The notes: a model not told the origin generated them from the letters alone. Counted from the first letter of the stretch, positions 1 to 8,564 are shown. The stretch is 23,994 nucleotides of DNA from Polyangiaceae bacterium (GCA_044222475.1 JBGANF010000119.1:1-23994); one strand, 5' to 3'. Made by a program: numbers and translations.

Positions 1-66
1 GGTTGGCGCGCAGCGCCAACCAAGGGGAGAGTCGCGGCGCGCAGCGCCGCGGTGTGGGGCATCTCG
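1..66. repeat. REP/RIME-like palindromic element, copy 1 (probably cut by window edge)
   Basis: Hairpins GGTTGGCGC-GCA-GCGCCAACC (1-21) and CGCGGCGC-GCA-GCGCCGCG; 26-66 matches 1342-1382 at 39/41 nt in direct orientation. Confidence 0.85.
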
Positions 67-210
67 GTGGCGCATCGCCAGCACCAAGTGGCGCGCGCCA
101 CCCCGCATCGCGCAGATCGATCGAGAAATGCGCTGCGCCATCGCTGGCACCGCGCGTGCAATGCATTCACGCCGGAGCGTCCGCGGCGGGCGTGACGGAA
201 GCGATCTACA

Positions 211-927
211 ATGACCACGATGTCTTCGATCGAGCACGTAAGACCCCCGCGGCCGCTCCGATTTCTCGCGAACGACCCGGAGTGGGAGATGGGCCAGTCG
301 ACGCGTCACTTCAAGCTTTGCGTCTTCCTCTGGGAGATGCTCCGCCGCGCGTCCGGGCCAGGCTCGACCGTCGGGGCCGACAACTTCATCTACTTCGACG
401 CGTCAGACGACTCGGCGGCGAAGAAGTGCGCTCCCGACGGCTTCGTGAAGCTCGGCGTGCCCTCGTTCGATTTTTCGTCGTGGCGCACGTGGGAGCACGG
501 AACGCCCGAGCTCTGCATCGAGATCCTCAGCCCGAGTGACACGCAGGAGCCCCTCACGCTGACGGAGAAGCTCGCGCGGTTTCACTCGATGGGTGTACGC
601 GAGGTCGTCTGCTTCGACGCCGACGCGCCCGAAGGGACGCGCCTCCGTGCATGGGATCGGCTCGAAGGCGACCTCGTCGAGCGCATCGTCCGAGGCGAGC
701 GGACGCCGTGCCTCACGTTGGGCTCATGGTTTCACGTCGGGCCGCTGGGCGACCAACCGGTAGCGCTAGCGCTCGCTCGCGACGAAGCCGGTGGGCAGCG
801 CATCCTCCCCGACGGCGAAGCGTTGCGTGCCCTCGAAGCCGCGCGCGAAAAGGCGGAAGCGCGGGCGGTCGCCGCCGAAGCGCGAGTGGCGGAGCTCGAA
901 GCGTCACTTCGCTCGCGCGGTGCCTGA
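211..927 (+). CDS. Uma2/DUF820 family PD-(D/E)xK-like endonuclease domain protein
   Basis: Motifs 'H..LC..L', 'APDGFV', 'PELCIEILSPSD', 'KLARFHSMGVREVVCFD'; Ala/Glu/Arg-rich coiled-coil tail (AEARAVAAEARVAELEASLR). Confidence 0.88.
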   Translation: MTTMSSIEHVRPPRPLRFLANDPEWEMGQSTRHFKLCVFLWEMLRRASGPGSTVGADNFIYFDASDDSAAKKCAPDGFVKLGVPSFDFSSWRTWEHGTPELCIEILSPSDTQEPLTLTEKLARFHSMGVREVVCFDADAPEGTRLRAWDRLEGDLVERIVRGERTPCLTLGSWFHVGPLGDQPVALALARDEAGGQRILPDGEALRALEAAREKAEARAVAAEARVAELEASLRSRGA

Positions 928-1308
928 GAGGTCCCGGAGCACCGAGGCGAGGTCGCGCTCGATGCGCGACGCATCGAAACGCACGACGCGGGCGCCGTAG
1001 AGCCGCACGAGCGCCGCGTCGCGAGCGGTGTCTTCGGCCGCGCGAGCCGCGTGGTAGCCGCCGTCGACCTCGCCGACGAGCTTCAGCGAAGGAGCGAAGA
1101 AGTCGACGATGAACGGGCAAAGTACATGTTGCCGGCGGAACTTGATGCCGCGGAAGCGCCGGTCACGGAGCGCGTTCCAAAGCATCGCCTCGGAGGCCGC
1201 GGTCGAGGTTGTCAAAGTTGACACCGTCCCCAGGTTGTCAAAGTTGACACCGTCCCCATCGCGGGCGTCGCGGTGGAACCACTCTCCCCGCTTGGCGCGA
1301 AGCGCCAA
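904..1308 (-). CDS. DUF559 (Vsr-like) endonuclease domain protein; 5' end uncertain, possibly truncated
   Basis: 'SEAMLWNALRDRRFRGIKFRRQHVLCPFIVDFFAPSLKLVGEVDGGYH...D..RD..L...G..VVRF' matches the DUF559 signature. Sequence upstream of ~1205 is repeat-derived; alternative ATG at 1185. Confidence 0.75.
   Translation of the reverse strand: MALRAKRGEWFHRDARDGDGVNFDNLGTVSTLTTSTAASEAMLWNALRDRRFRGIKFRRQHVLCPFIVDFFAPSLKLVGEVDGGYHAARAAEDTARDAALVRLYGARVVRFDASRIERDLASVLRDLSGTARAK
1206..1257. repeat. Perfect 26-bp tandem duplication with internal dyad TGTCAA-AG-TTGACA
   Basis: AGGTTGTCAAAGTTGACACCGTCCCC at 1206-1231 and 1232-1257. Confidence 0.95.
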
Positions 1309-1382
1309 GCTAGGGTCGCGCTTCGTGATACCCGAAGGGGTGGAGAGTCGCGGCGCGAAGCGCCGCGGTGAGGGGCATCTCG
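1281..1382. repeat. REP/RIME-like palindromic element, copy 2
   Basis: ACTCTCCCC(1281-1289)...GGGGTGGAGAGT outer stem; hairpins GCTTGGCGC-GAA-GCGCCAAGC (1290-1310) and CGCGGCGC-GAA-GCGCCGCG; lies directly after the murJ stop. Confidence 0.85.
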
Positions 1383-1383
1383 T

Positions 1384-2982
1384 TCAACGCCGCCGCAGGC
1401 GCCGCAGGATCCCGCCGCCGATCTCTTCGAGCTCCTCGCTCCGCAGCGCCCAGGCCGCGACGCCGAACACGACGACGAACGCCGTGCAGGCGACGAGCCC
1501 CGGCAGCACCGTCCCGTGCTCCCCGAGGACCCGCGCGAGCCCCCACCCCGTCGCGCCCGCGATCGCCGAGGCCACCAGCGTCCTCGCCGCCGAACCGCCG
1601 ATCTCCGCCCCGGCCGCTCCCTTCAGCTTCTTGCGCAGGAACCACCAGAGCAGCGCCATCTGCACGAAGCTCGACCCCGCGACCGCCGCGCTGATCCCCG
1701 CGTGCCCCATCGGCCCTCTCAGACCGAGCGCGAGCGCGATGAACGCCACCAGATCGATCACGCTCACGATCACCGGCGTCTTCGTGTCCCCCATCGCATA
1801 GAACACCGGCACCAGCTGCCGCACCACCGCCACCGTCCAGATCGCGCCGCCCTGCCAGAGCAGCGCGCGCGCCGTCTCGTCGGTCGAGAGCGCGTCGAAG
1901 TGACCTCGCTGGAACAGCAGCGCCACGATCGGCCGACCCATCACCGCCAGGGCGACGCTGCACGGCAGCGCGACGAACAGCGAGAGCCGCATCCCGTGCG
2001 CGTACGTCTTGCGCACCTCGTCGATCTCGCCCTTGGCCGCGAGCGCGCTGAGCGACGGCAACGCCGCCGTCGAGATCGCCATCACGAAGATTCCCTGCGG
2101 AAAATCGCAGAGCCGCATCGCCCACGAGAACCAGCTCTGCGCGCCCTCGCCCAGCTCGGACAGGAACCGGCGCGAAAGCACCAGGTCTATGTAGTATACA
2201 CCGATTCCGAAGATCATCGGCCCGAGGCGGCGCATCACGTCGCGCACGCCGGGATCGGAGAAGTCGAGCCTCGGCCGACCGAGGAAACCGATCCTCCGAA
2301 GCGCCGGCCACTGCGCGACGACCTGAAGCGCCCCGCCCACCAGCGCGCCGATCGCCATCGCGAGCGAGCGATCCATCCCCGCCGCCACGAGCGGCGCCGG
2401 CAACGCGAACGCCGCGATCAGGAACGCGACGTTGAGCAACCCGGGCGCGAACGCCGCGACCGCGAACTTTCGCTTCGCGTTGAGCGCCGCCATCCCGAGC
2501 GCCGCCGTCCCCATGAAGAAGATGTACGGAAACACCCACCGCGTGAGCAGCACCGTCCGCTCGAACGCCGCTCCCTCGTAGCCGCTCGCGAACAGCGCGG
2601 TGAGCTGCCGCGCGAAGACCATCCCGAGCACCGTCACGACCGTCAACGCGAGGAGCGACGCTCCGCGAATCTTCGAGAAGAACGTCTGCGCGGCATCGTC
2701 CCCTTCGGTCGCGAGCTTGCCCGACAGCACGGGCACCACCGCGCTCGTGATCGCCCCCTCCCCCAGGATCTGCCGCAGCGCGTTCGGGATCGTGAACGCG
2801 ACGAAGAACGCGTCGGTCTCGGCCCGGCCGAAGATCGCGGCCAGCGCCATGTCGCGACCGAGCCCCAAGAGCCGCGACGCGAGCGTCCCGGCGCCGATGA
2901 TCCCCGCTCGGCCGGCGAGCTTCTTTCGCTCCGCGGCGCCACTCTCCGCTTCGGCTGCGCGCGGCTCCGCCTCGTCGGTCAT
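1384..2982 (-). CDS. murJ: Lipid II flippase MurJ (MviN)
   Basis: 'TLASRLLGLGRD', 'DAFFVAFTIPNALRQILGEGA', 'RLCDFPQGIF', 'LFQRGHF', 'FYAMGDTKTP'; many TM segments. Start set at ATG 2982, 2 nt after the DUF971 stop. Confidence 0.95.
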   Translation of the reverse strand: MTDEAEPRAAEAESGAAERKKLAGRAGIIGAGTLASRLLGLGRDMALAAIFGRAETDAFFVAFTIPNALRQILGEGAITSAVVPVLSGKLATEGDDAAQTFFSKIRGASLLALTVVTVLGMVFARQLTALFASGYEGAAFERTVLLTRWVFPYIFFMGTAALGMAALNAKRKFAVAAFAPGLLNVAFLIAAFALPAPLVAAGMDRSLAMAIGALVGGALQVVAQWPALRRIGFLGRPRLDFSDPGVRDVMRRLGPMIFGIGVYYIDLVLSRRFLSELGEGAQSWFSWAMRLCDFPQGIFVMAISTAALPSLSALAAKGEIDEVRKTYAHGMRLSLFVALPCSVALAVMGRPIVALLFQRGHFDALSTDETARALLWQGGAIWTVAVVRQLVPVFYAMGDTKTPVIVSVIDLVAFIALALGLRGPMGHAGISAAVAGSSFVQMALLWWFLRKKLKGAAGAEIGGSAARTLVASAIAGATGWGLARVLGEHGTVLPGLVACTAFVVVFGVAAWALRSEELEEIGGGILRRLRRR

Positions 2983-2984
2983 CG

Positions 2985-3353
2985 CTACTGCCGCGGCACC
3001 GGCTCGTGGGCCGCCATCGGCGACCCCGCCGCGCACTCGGCGCACTGGCACAGCGCGCGGAGGTATTTGTACGAGTAGAGGCCCGTGTCGTGGCCGTCGA
3101 ACCACTTGATCGAGAGCGCGTAGTTACCGACGACCGAGATCTCGTCGATCTCGAGCGCGATCCCGTCGTGAGGAACGAACGCGATCGTCCCCGAGTGGCC
3201 CTGGCAGCCCGCGCACGGGCAGTACCCGCGCAGGAGCAGGTGCGGGAAGATCGACTTGTGCCCGTCCCCCCAGTCGATCTCGGTGACGATCGCCCCGCGC
3301 GGCGAGCGCACGGCGGTGCAGCGAAGGCGAGGATCGGTGCGAGAGACGGTCAC
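2985..3353 (-). CDS. DUF971 domain protein (gamma-butyrobetaine hydroxylase N-terminal-like, metal-binding)
   Basis: 'W.DGH.S.F....LR..CPCA.C', 'VGNYAL.I.W.DGHDTGLYSY.YLR'; GTGA overlap with the pfkB stop. Confidence 0.9.
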   Translation of the reverse strand: MTVSRTDPRLRCTAVRSPRGAIVTEIDWGDGHKSIFPHLLLRGYCPCAGCQGHSGTIAFVPHDGIALEIDEISVVGNYALSIKWFDGHDTGLYSYKYLRALCQCAECAAGSPMAAHEPVPRQ

Positions 3354-4327
3354 GGGGATCTCTTCGAGGAGTGGCGGGCGATCCGACGGAGCGCGGCAAG
3401 CGCCGCACCCAGACCGACGAGCCCGGCGACGGCGCCGGGACGCGAGACGGCCTTGGCTCCGAGCTTATGCCCGACCGCGAGAGCTTCGGCAAACACCTGG
3501 GGATCGCGGAACGCTCGCCTGCCCGGACGCGCGTTGGCCGCGAGCAGCGCGGCGAGGACGCCCGCGATGAACGCATCGCCCGCCCCGGTCGCGTCGACGC
3601 ACTTCACCGGCGTGGCCGGCACGACGACCTCTCCGTGCGCGCCGACCGCCCGCGCGCTCGACGCGCCGTCGGTCAGCACCCACGTCGCGTTCGGCGCATG
3701 CTTCTTCAGGAACCGCTCGCCCCCGACGGCGCGGAGATCGGGCGCCGACCCCTTCACGAGGTCGGCGTGACGCAGAAGCTCCGCGATTCGGGCGCGCATG
3801 ACGGTGGGGCTCTTCCACAGGTGGGCACGGACGTTGAGATCGACGACGATCGCCGCACCGCCACGCCGCGCGTGACGAAGAAACGCCCGAGTCGCTTCGG
3901 CCAATCCCGGATCGAGCATCGTGCTCGTCCCGACCAGGGCCCACTTGGCGCGGAACGGCGACAGATCGCGCGCGCGCACCATCATGTCGGCCGTCTCGTG
4001 CCGATAGAAGAGGAAGCTAGGCTCGCCCCGCTCGTCGCGCCGCACGAACGCGAGCCCGGTCCGCGAAGGCAGCCGAACGAGCCCGTCGGTGACGACGCCC
4101 TCCCTCGCGAGCGCGCGCTCGAGCGCGACCCCGAACGCGTCGCGACCGACGCCTCCGACGACCGCCGCGCGCACCCCGACGCGCGCGAGATCGACCGCGA
4201 CGTTCGCCGGCGCGCCCCCGAGCTCGCGTCGAAACACGCGCGCGATCGGCTCGCCGCGAGGCGCGCGCTCGGCCTCGAACACGTCCCAGAGGATCTCGCC
4301 GAAGCACGCGACGTCCACCCTCATCAT
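3350..4327 (-). CDS. PfkB family carbohydrate kinase (fructokinase-like)
   Basis: 'FGEILWD', 'GGAPANVA', 'VGRDAFG', 'DLNVR..LW', 'VDATGAGDAF'; ATGA overlap with the recO stop. Confidence 0.92.
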   Translation of the reverse strand: MMRVDVACFGEILWDVFEAERAPRGEPIARVFRRELGGAPANVAVDLARVGVRAAVVGGVGRDAFGVALERALAREGVVTDGLVRLPSRTGLAFVRRDERGEPSFLFYRHETADMMVRARDLSPFRAKWALVGTSTMLDPGLAEATRAFLRHARRGGAAIVVDLNVRAHLWKSPTVMRARIAELLRHADLVKGSAPDLRAVGGERFLKKHAPNATWVLTDGASSARAVGAHGEVVVPATPVKCVDATGAGDAFIAGVLAALLAANARPGRRAFRDPQVFAEALAVGHKLGAKAVSRPGAVAGLVGLGAALAALRRIARHSSKRSP

Positions 4328-5046
4328 GCTTCGTACCCCGTGTGCGCCGCCATCGACGCGTCGACGAGCTCGATCAGCGTCGCGGTGATCTCGTCCGAGA
4401 CCGGCGTCGCGAGCACGTCCGTCTGCGGGTTCGCCAGCGCGCGCGCCGCCCGGCGGGCCGCGGGCGTGAGGAGAAACCGCGCGCCCCCGCACGTGCGGCA
4501 GAGGAGCCCGCCGCGGGTCGTGTCGAACGTCGCCGATCGCTCCTCCGGGCACGGCTTGCCGCAGCGCACGCAGCGATCGAGCTCGAGCCCGTACCCCGCC
4601 TCGCCGAGGAGCCTCAGGCCGAACGCCGCCAGAACGATCCGCGCGGCGGAGGGCGACCGATCGAGCGCATCGAGCAGCGACACCGCCTCGACGAAGACGC
4701 CAGGCTCGGGCGTCTTCGGCGGGCACACGTGACGCACCCATCGCAGCGCGCGCCCGGCGGCGTCCAGCGCGTCGAGGTTGCTGGCGAGCCCCATCCGCAC
4801 CTTCGTGATGGCGGCCTCCTTGAGCGTGGCGACCTCGGTGCCGCGATCGTCGTAGCCCAGCCGCACGGTGTGAAACGGCTCGAGCGCGCCGCCGAGGCGC
4901 ACCGTGCCCTTGCGCGCGCCGCGAGCGATCACCGAGACGCGGCCCTCGGCTTCGCCGAGGAACGTCGCGATCACGTCCGCCTCGCCGTACGCGACGGAGC
5001 GAAGAAGGAGCGCATCCGTCGTCACGCGACGAACGGCCTTGCGCAC
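4324..5046 (-). CDS. recO: DNA repair protein RecO
   Basis: 'LLLRSVAYGEADVI', 'ARGARK', 'LEPF', zinc finger CVRC...CRTC. Confidence 0.93.
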   Translation of the reverse strand: MRKAVRRVTTDALLLRSVAYGEADVIATFLGEAEGRVSVIARGARKGTVRLGGALEPFHTVRLGYDDRGTEVATLKEAAITKVRMGLASNLDALDAAGRALRWVRHVCPPKTPEPGVFVEAVSLLDALDRSPSAARIVLAAFGLRLLGEAGYGLELDRCVRCGKPCPEERSATFDTTRGGLLCRTCGGARFLLTPAARRAARALANPQTDVLATPVSDEITATLIELVDASMAAHTGYEA

Positions 5047-5047
5047 G

Positions 5048-5482
5048 TCAGACGATGAGCGACGGGCCCGCGCTGGGGTTCGCGCTGAGCTCCGGCGGGA
5101 TGTCGTGTCCGCGCGGCTTGAGCACGATCGAGAGCGCGAGGGTGAACAGGATGAGGAGGACGACGAGCGCGATGGCGACGCCGAGGCGCTTCCCGCCCTC
5201 GCGGACGGCCTTGACCGGGGACGTGACGGGGAGCGGCGTGACGATGGCGACGCGACGGCTCGACGTGTAGCGCGCGAGCACCTCGTCCGGAGCGGCGCCG
5301 ACGGCGATGGCGTACGACTTGAGGAAGCCCTTCACGAAGACTTCGCCCGGGAGCTCGTCGAAGCGGTCGGCCTCGATCGAGCTCAAGGTCGCCGCTGGGA
5401 TCCGCGTCACGCGCGAAACCTCGGCCAGGCTCATCTGGCGAAGATCGCGGTGATGTTTGAGTAGCGTTCCGACCGTATCCAT
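5048..5482 (-). CDS. RodZ-like helix-turn-helix protein (HTH plus one TM helix, no long periplasmic domain)
   Basis: 'VGTLLKHHR...SLAEVSRVTRI......IE.DRFDELPGEVFVKGFLKSYA..VG' followed by one hydrophobic helix; start set at ATG 5482. Confidence 0.85.
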   Translation of the reverse strand: MDTVGTLLKHHRDLRQMSLAEVSRVTRIPAATLSSIEADRFDELPGEVFVKGFLKSYAIAVGAAPDEVLARYTSSRRVAIVTPLPVTSPVKAVREGGKRLGVAIALVVLLILFTLALSIVLKPRGHDIPPELSANPSAGPSLIV

Positions 5483-5508
5483 TCGCACCTTTCGCGGCTC
5501 GTCTCGAG

Positions 5509-6339
5509 TCAGCTGCACTTCGCTGACGTTTGCTGCTGGATGCACTGCTTTCCGGAGTCACTCTCGGCCGAGATCTCGCGGCAGCGCCCGAAGTCGGAGC
5601 ATGCATCCGCGGTCTTTCCGAGCTTCACCCGGACCATTCCCCTCGCGAGCCAGGCGTCCTGCAGCTCCTGGCACTCGGGGGCCTCGACCTGGACCGCTTG
5701 CGTGAAATTGCTCTCCGCTTGCGCCAGGTCGCCCTTCTTCTCGTAAGCCCATCCAAGTCGAAAGAAGCCGACGCAGAATTTCGGCTGCGTCACCGCGTTC
5801 TTGAGAGAGACGATGCCCTCGTCGATCGCGCCGGCGTGGACCTGAGCCCAGCCGAGGTTTCCCCACGCGAGGTGCACGGCAGTGTACGCCGGATCGCCCA
5901 CGAGGGGCTTCAGTACGTCGACCGCTTCCTTGAATTTCTCCTCGAGGATCAGGATCTGGCCGAGCGCGTTTCGGGCGTCCCGGAATTGCGCATCCTTTTC
6001 GAGGGCTTTCCGAGCATACTTCTCGGCTTCGTTGAGCTGACAGTCGGAGGACTTGAGGCCCTGCAGACCGTTGCAGAACGACAGGTAGAGCATCGACGTG
6101 AAGTAGATGGCCTTCGCGTTGTCGCCATCGAGGTCCATCGCCTTGCGAGAGTGCTCGAGCGCCGTGCGGAGCTGGCCCTTGTAGTAGTACTCGCGCGCGA
6201 CGTCGTACTCGGCCTCGGACTGGCGCTCCGGGCTCTGGGCGCCCGGCGACGAGGGGGTGCCACAGGCGGCCGCGGCGAGCGCAACGGCGCCGAACAGGGC
6301 GGCGGCGGTCGATGGACGGAGGGAGGGGTGAAATCGCAA
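5509..6339 (-). CDS. tgl: TPR lipoprotein, Tgl/PilF-like type IV pilus secretin pilotin
   Basis: Lipobox 'LAAAAC'; TPRs ('ARNALGQIL', 'DPAY....LAWGNLGWA'); Cys-rich C-terminus; sits upstream of a RodZ-like HTH as in pilF-rodZ synteny. Orthology is inferred. Confidence 0.7.
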   Translation of the reverse strand: MRFHPSLRPSTAAALFGAVALAAAACGTPSSPGAQSPERQSEAEYDVAREYYYKGQLRTALEHSRKAMDLDGDNAKAIYFTSMLYLSFCNGLQGLKSSDCQLNEAEKYARKALEKDAQFRDARNALGQILILEEKFKEAVDVLKPLVGDPAYTAVHLAWGNLGWAQVHAGAIDEGIVSLKNAVTQPKFCVGFFRLGWAYEKKGDLAQAESNFTQAVQVEAPECQELQDAWLARGMVRVKLGKTADACSDFGRCREISAESDSGKQCIQQQTSAKCS

Positions 6340-6439
6340 AGCCGGGGCACTTTGCTATCGCGTCACGGCCCACCGCGTCAACGGGGAAGGGCCGCATGTG
6401 TTCAGGTGTGCGCCTTACGACGTAAACGTCGAGGCCTCC

Positions 6440-7144
6440 TCACCGCATCTCGCCGCGCAGCTCGTCCTTGGTGCCGAGGAGGATGTAGAGGCGGCGGAGC
6501 GCGTCGAGGTCGGGGATTTCGACCTTTTCGCCCGAGATCTTGAGGTACCCCTGCTCCCGCAGGCGCTGGACGCTCCGCTTGACCGTGTCGACGTCGAGCC
6601 CGACCCGGCTCGAGAGCTCGACCGGCGAGACCGAGATCTCCGCGAGGTTGTCCGTCGTGCCGGCGCGGTGCGCGATCTTGAGGAGGGCGCTCACGACCTT
6701 GAACTGGTTGTCGCGGAGGAGAAGGACCTCGATCTGGTCTTCGGCGTCGCGCACGCGGCGGATGAGCTGCTCGAGGACGCGGATGGCGACCGGCGGATAG
6801 TTCACCAGCATCGAGCGGAACGTCCGGCGATCGAGGGCGAGCGCGACGCCGTCGGTGAGCGCGACCGCGGTCGAGTTCCGCGCCGCTGCGTCGAGCAGAG
6901 CGGACTCGCCGAAGAGGTCACCGGGCTTGAGCACGATGAGGCTGCGCTCGATCATGCGGACGCGCTTGAGGAGCCGGACGCGCCCTTCTTGGAGCAGGAA
7001 CGCGTCGCCCGCGGCCTCGCCTTCCTTGAAGATCGTCTCGCCGGCGGCGAACGTGCGCCCGTATTTCTGGACGAGTCGCGCGCGCTCCGAGTCGTCGAGC
7101 GCGGTGTCTTCGTCCTCTGCGCGCTGCGAAGGTTGGTCCGCCAT
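6440..7144 (-). CDS. Crp/Fnr family transcriptional regulator
   Basis: cNMP-binding domain 'GETIFKEGE', 'PGDLFGESALL....RNSTAVA'; C-terminal HTH 'ELSSRVGLDVDTVKRSVQRLREQGYL'. Confidence 0.92.
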   Translation of the reverse strand: MADQPSQRAEDEDTALDDSERARLVQKYGRTFAAGETIFKEGEAAGDAFLLQEGRVRLLKRVRMIERSLIVLKPGDLFGESALLDAAARNSTAVALTDGVALALDRRTFRSMLVNYPPVAIRVLEQLIRRVRDAEDQIEVLLLRDNQFKVVSALLKIAHRAGTTDNLAEISVSPVELSSRVGLDVDTVKRSVQRLREQGYLKISGEKVEIPDLDALRRLYILLGTKDELRGEMR

Positions 7145-7171
7145 CGGGCTTGGAATGTACTCGGCTTTTCG

Positions 7172-7765
7172 TCAGCCGGCGAGCGTGCCCTTGGTCGACG
7201 GAATGCCCGCCGCGCGAGGCTCGATCCGAACCGCCTGCGCGAGCGCCTTCGCGAGCGCCTTGAACGAGATCTCCACGATGTGGTGGAGGTTCCTGCCGGC
7301 CTGGAGCTCGACGTGCAGGTTGCACTGCGCCCCGCGGGCGAAGCCCTCGAAGAACACCTCGGCGAGCTCCGAGTCCCAGGTGCCGAGCTTCGCCTTCGGG
7401 ATCTCCACGTCCCAGACGAAGTGCGTTCGCCCGCTCAGATCGAGGGTGCACGCGACGCGCGCCTCGTCCATCGGCAAGAGGGCCCACCCATAGCGCGCGA
7501 TGCCGGCCTTGTCGCCGAGGGCCTGGCGAAACGCGTCGCCGATCACGATCGCGAGGTCTTCGGTGGTGTGGTGCCCGTCGATCTCGACGTCACCCTTGGC
7601 GCGCACCGTGAGGTCGAAGAGGCCGTGACGACCGAGCTGGTCGACCATGTGGCTGAGAAACGGAAGCGGGGTCTGGACGTCGGTGACGCCGGTCCCGTCG
7701 AGGTCGAGGGTGACCTCGATCTCGGTCTCTTTCGTCTTCCGGGTCACGGTCGCGCGGCGAGCCAT
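7172..7765 (-). CDS. hisB: Imidazoleglycerol-phosphate dehydratase
   Basis: 'RKTKET', 'GD..ID.HHTTED', 'PMDEA', 'N.HHIVEISFKA', 'PSTKG'. Confidence 0.97.
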   Translation of the reverse strand: MARRATVTRKTKETEIEVTLDLDGTGVTDVQTPLPFLSHMVDQLGRHGLFDLTVRAKGDVEIDGHHTTEDLAIVIGDAFRQALGDKAGIARYGWALLPMDEARVACTLDLSGRTHFVWDVEIPKAKLGTWDSELAEVFFEGFARGAQCNLHVELQAGRNLHHIVEISFKALAKALAQAVRIEPRAAGIPSTKGTLAG

Positions 7766-7804
7766 CCCGAGGATCGTACCAGACAGGGACGACGGGGGGA
7801 CAAG

Positions 7805-8320
7805 TCAGCGCGGGTTCAGCGTCACGACGAGGACGGCGCGCCCCAGCGCGCCCTTCGGGGGAACGACCATGCGCCCGAGGGCGCGGCTCATGCAGTCCGC
7901 CATGGGCCCCGCGGCGACCGGCGACGCGGGATCGCGGTCGGCGCCGAGGAGGGCGCCGTCCCACTGGAACACCAGGCGAAAGGCGATCTCGCTGGCGTAC
8001 ATGCCGGCGGTCGTCATGTCGGCCTCGTAGCAGGAGCGGAGGTCGTGCTCGACGCCGAAGCCCTGGGAGAGGACCCTGCCCTCTTCGACCCCGTGGACGT
8101 CGGTCGCCCGGACGGTGACCCAGCCTTGGTAGGTGCGGGGCTGCGCGGTCATCGTCGGCGCAGGAGGCGGCGGCGGCGCGTCCCGGGCGGTGGCGGCGTG
8201 GGTGGCGACCGGCTCGGGGTCGACGGGGAGCTCGACCGCGGGCGCCGCGGCGGAGGCCGGCGGCGGGACGGCCCCGCAACCTGCGAGCGTGATCGAGCCA
8301 ACCGCCAAGAGCCGCCGCAT
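7805..8320 (-). CDS. Hypothetical lipoprotein with Pro/Ala linker and small Cys-pair C-terminal domain
   Basis: Signal peptide MRRLLAVGSITLAGC (lipobox LAGC); 'LRSCYE...ADCM' resembles myxobacterial AgmX/PglI C-terminal-like domains. ORF extension to 8470 overlaps the tRNA and is not used. Confidence 0.7.
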   Translation of the reverse strand: MRRLLAVGSITLAGCGAVPPPASAAAPAVELPVDPEPVATHAATARDAPPPPPAPTMTAQPRTYQGWVTVRATDVHGVEEGRVLSQGFGVEHDLRSCYEADMTTAGMYASEIAFRLVFQWDGALLGADRDPASPVAAGPMADCMSRALGRMVVPPKGALGRAVLVVTLNPR

Positions 8321-8425
8321 GCCCGAACCGACAAGGCCGGAACGGCGAAGTTCCGAACCCGCCACGCCACGAGGCGCGGGCATCGAATCCCGGGCACGGG
8401 CACGTTCACGGGAAGAGAGTCGTTG

Positions 8426-8507
8426 TGCGAAGGAGGGGACTTGAACCCCTACGGTGTTACCCGCTAGCACCTCAAGCTAGTGCGTCTGCCAATTCCGCCA
8501 CCTTCGC
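8426..8507 (-). tRNA. tRNA-Leu (anticodon GAG), CCA not encoded
   Basis: Minus strand GCGAAGG-TGGCGGAATTGGCAGACGCA-CTAGC-TTGAGGT-GCTAG-long variable arm-AGGGG-TTCAAGT-CCCCT-CCTTCGC-A; acceptor, anticodon and T stems pair. Confidence 0.97.
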
Positions 8508-8535
8508 GGGGTGCCTCACTTGCGTGAGGGCGCGC

Positions 8536-8564
8536 AGAAGACTGGAAAACGGACGCCTAGTCAA
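8536..8564 (-). promoter_or_regulatory. Putative sigma70 promoter for tRNA-Leu
   Basis: TTGACT (8564-8559), 17-nt spacer, TCTTCT (8541-8536), then GC-rich discriminator GCGCGCCC; the -10 match is weak. Confidence 0.45.

Noticed and set aside
211..1308. Restriction-modification or toxin-antitoxin system
   Set aside because: No DNA methyltransferase or antitoxin nearby, and the genes are convergent rather than operonic.
6398..8467. 689-aa plus-strand ORF and other long antisense or alternative-frame ORFs (1516-3078, 9880-11220, 12557-14245, 18423-19979)
   Set aside because: Shadow ORFs of high-GC coding DNA; they overlap well-supported genes and show no motifs.
8426..8507. tRNA-Leu as an integration site
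   Set aside because: No integrase and no duplicated tRNA 3' end seen in the window.
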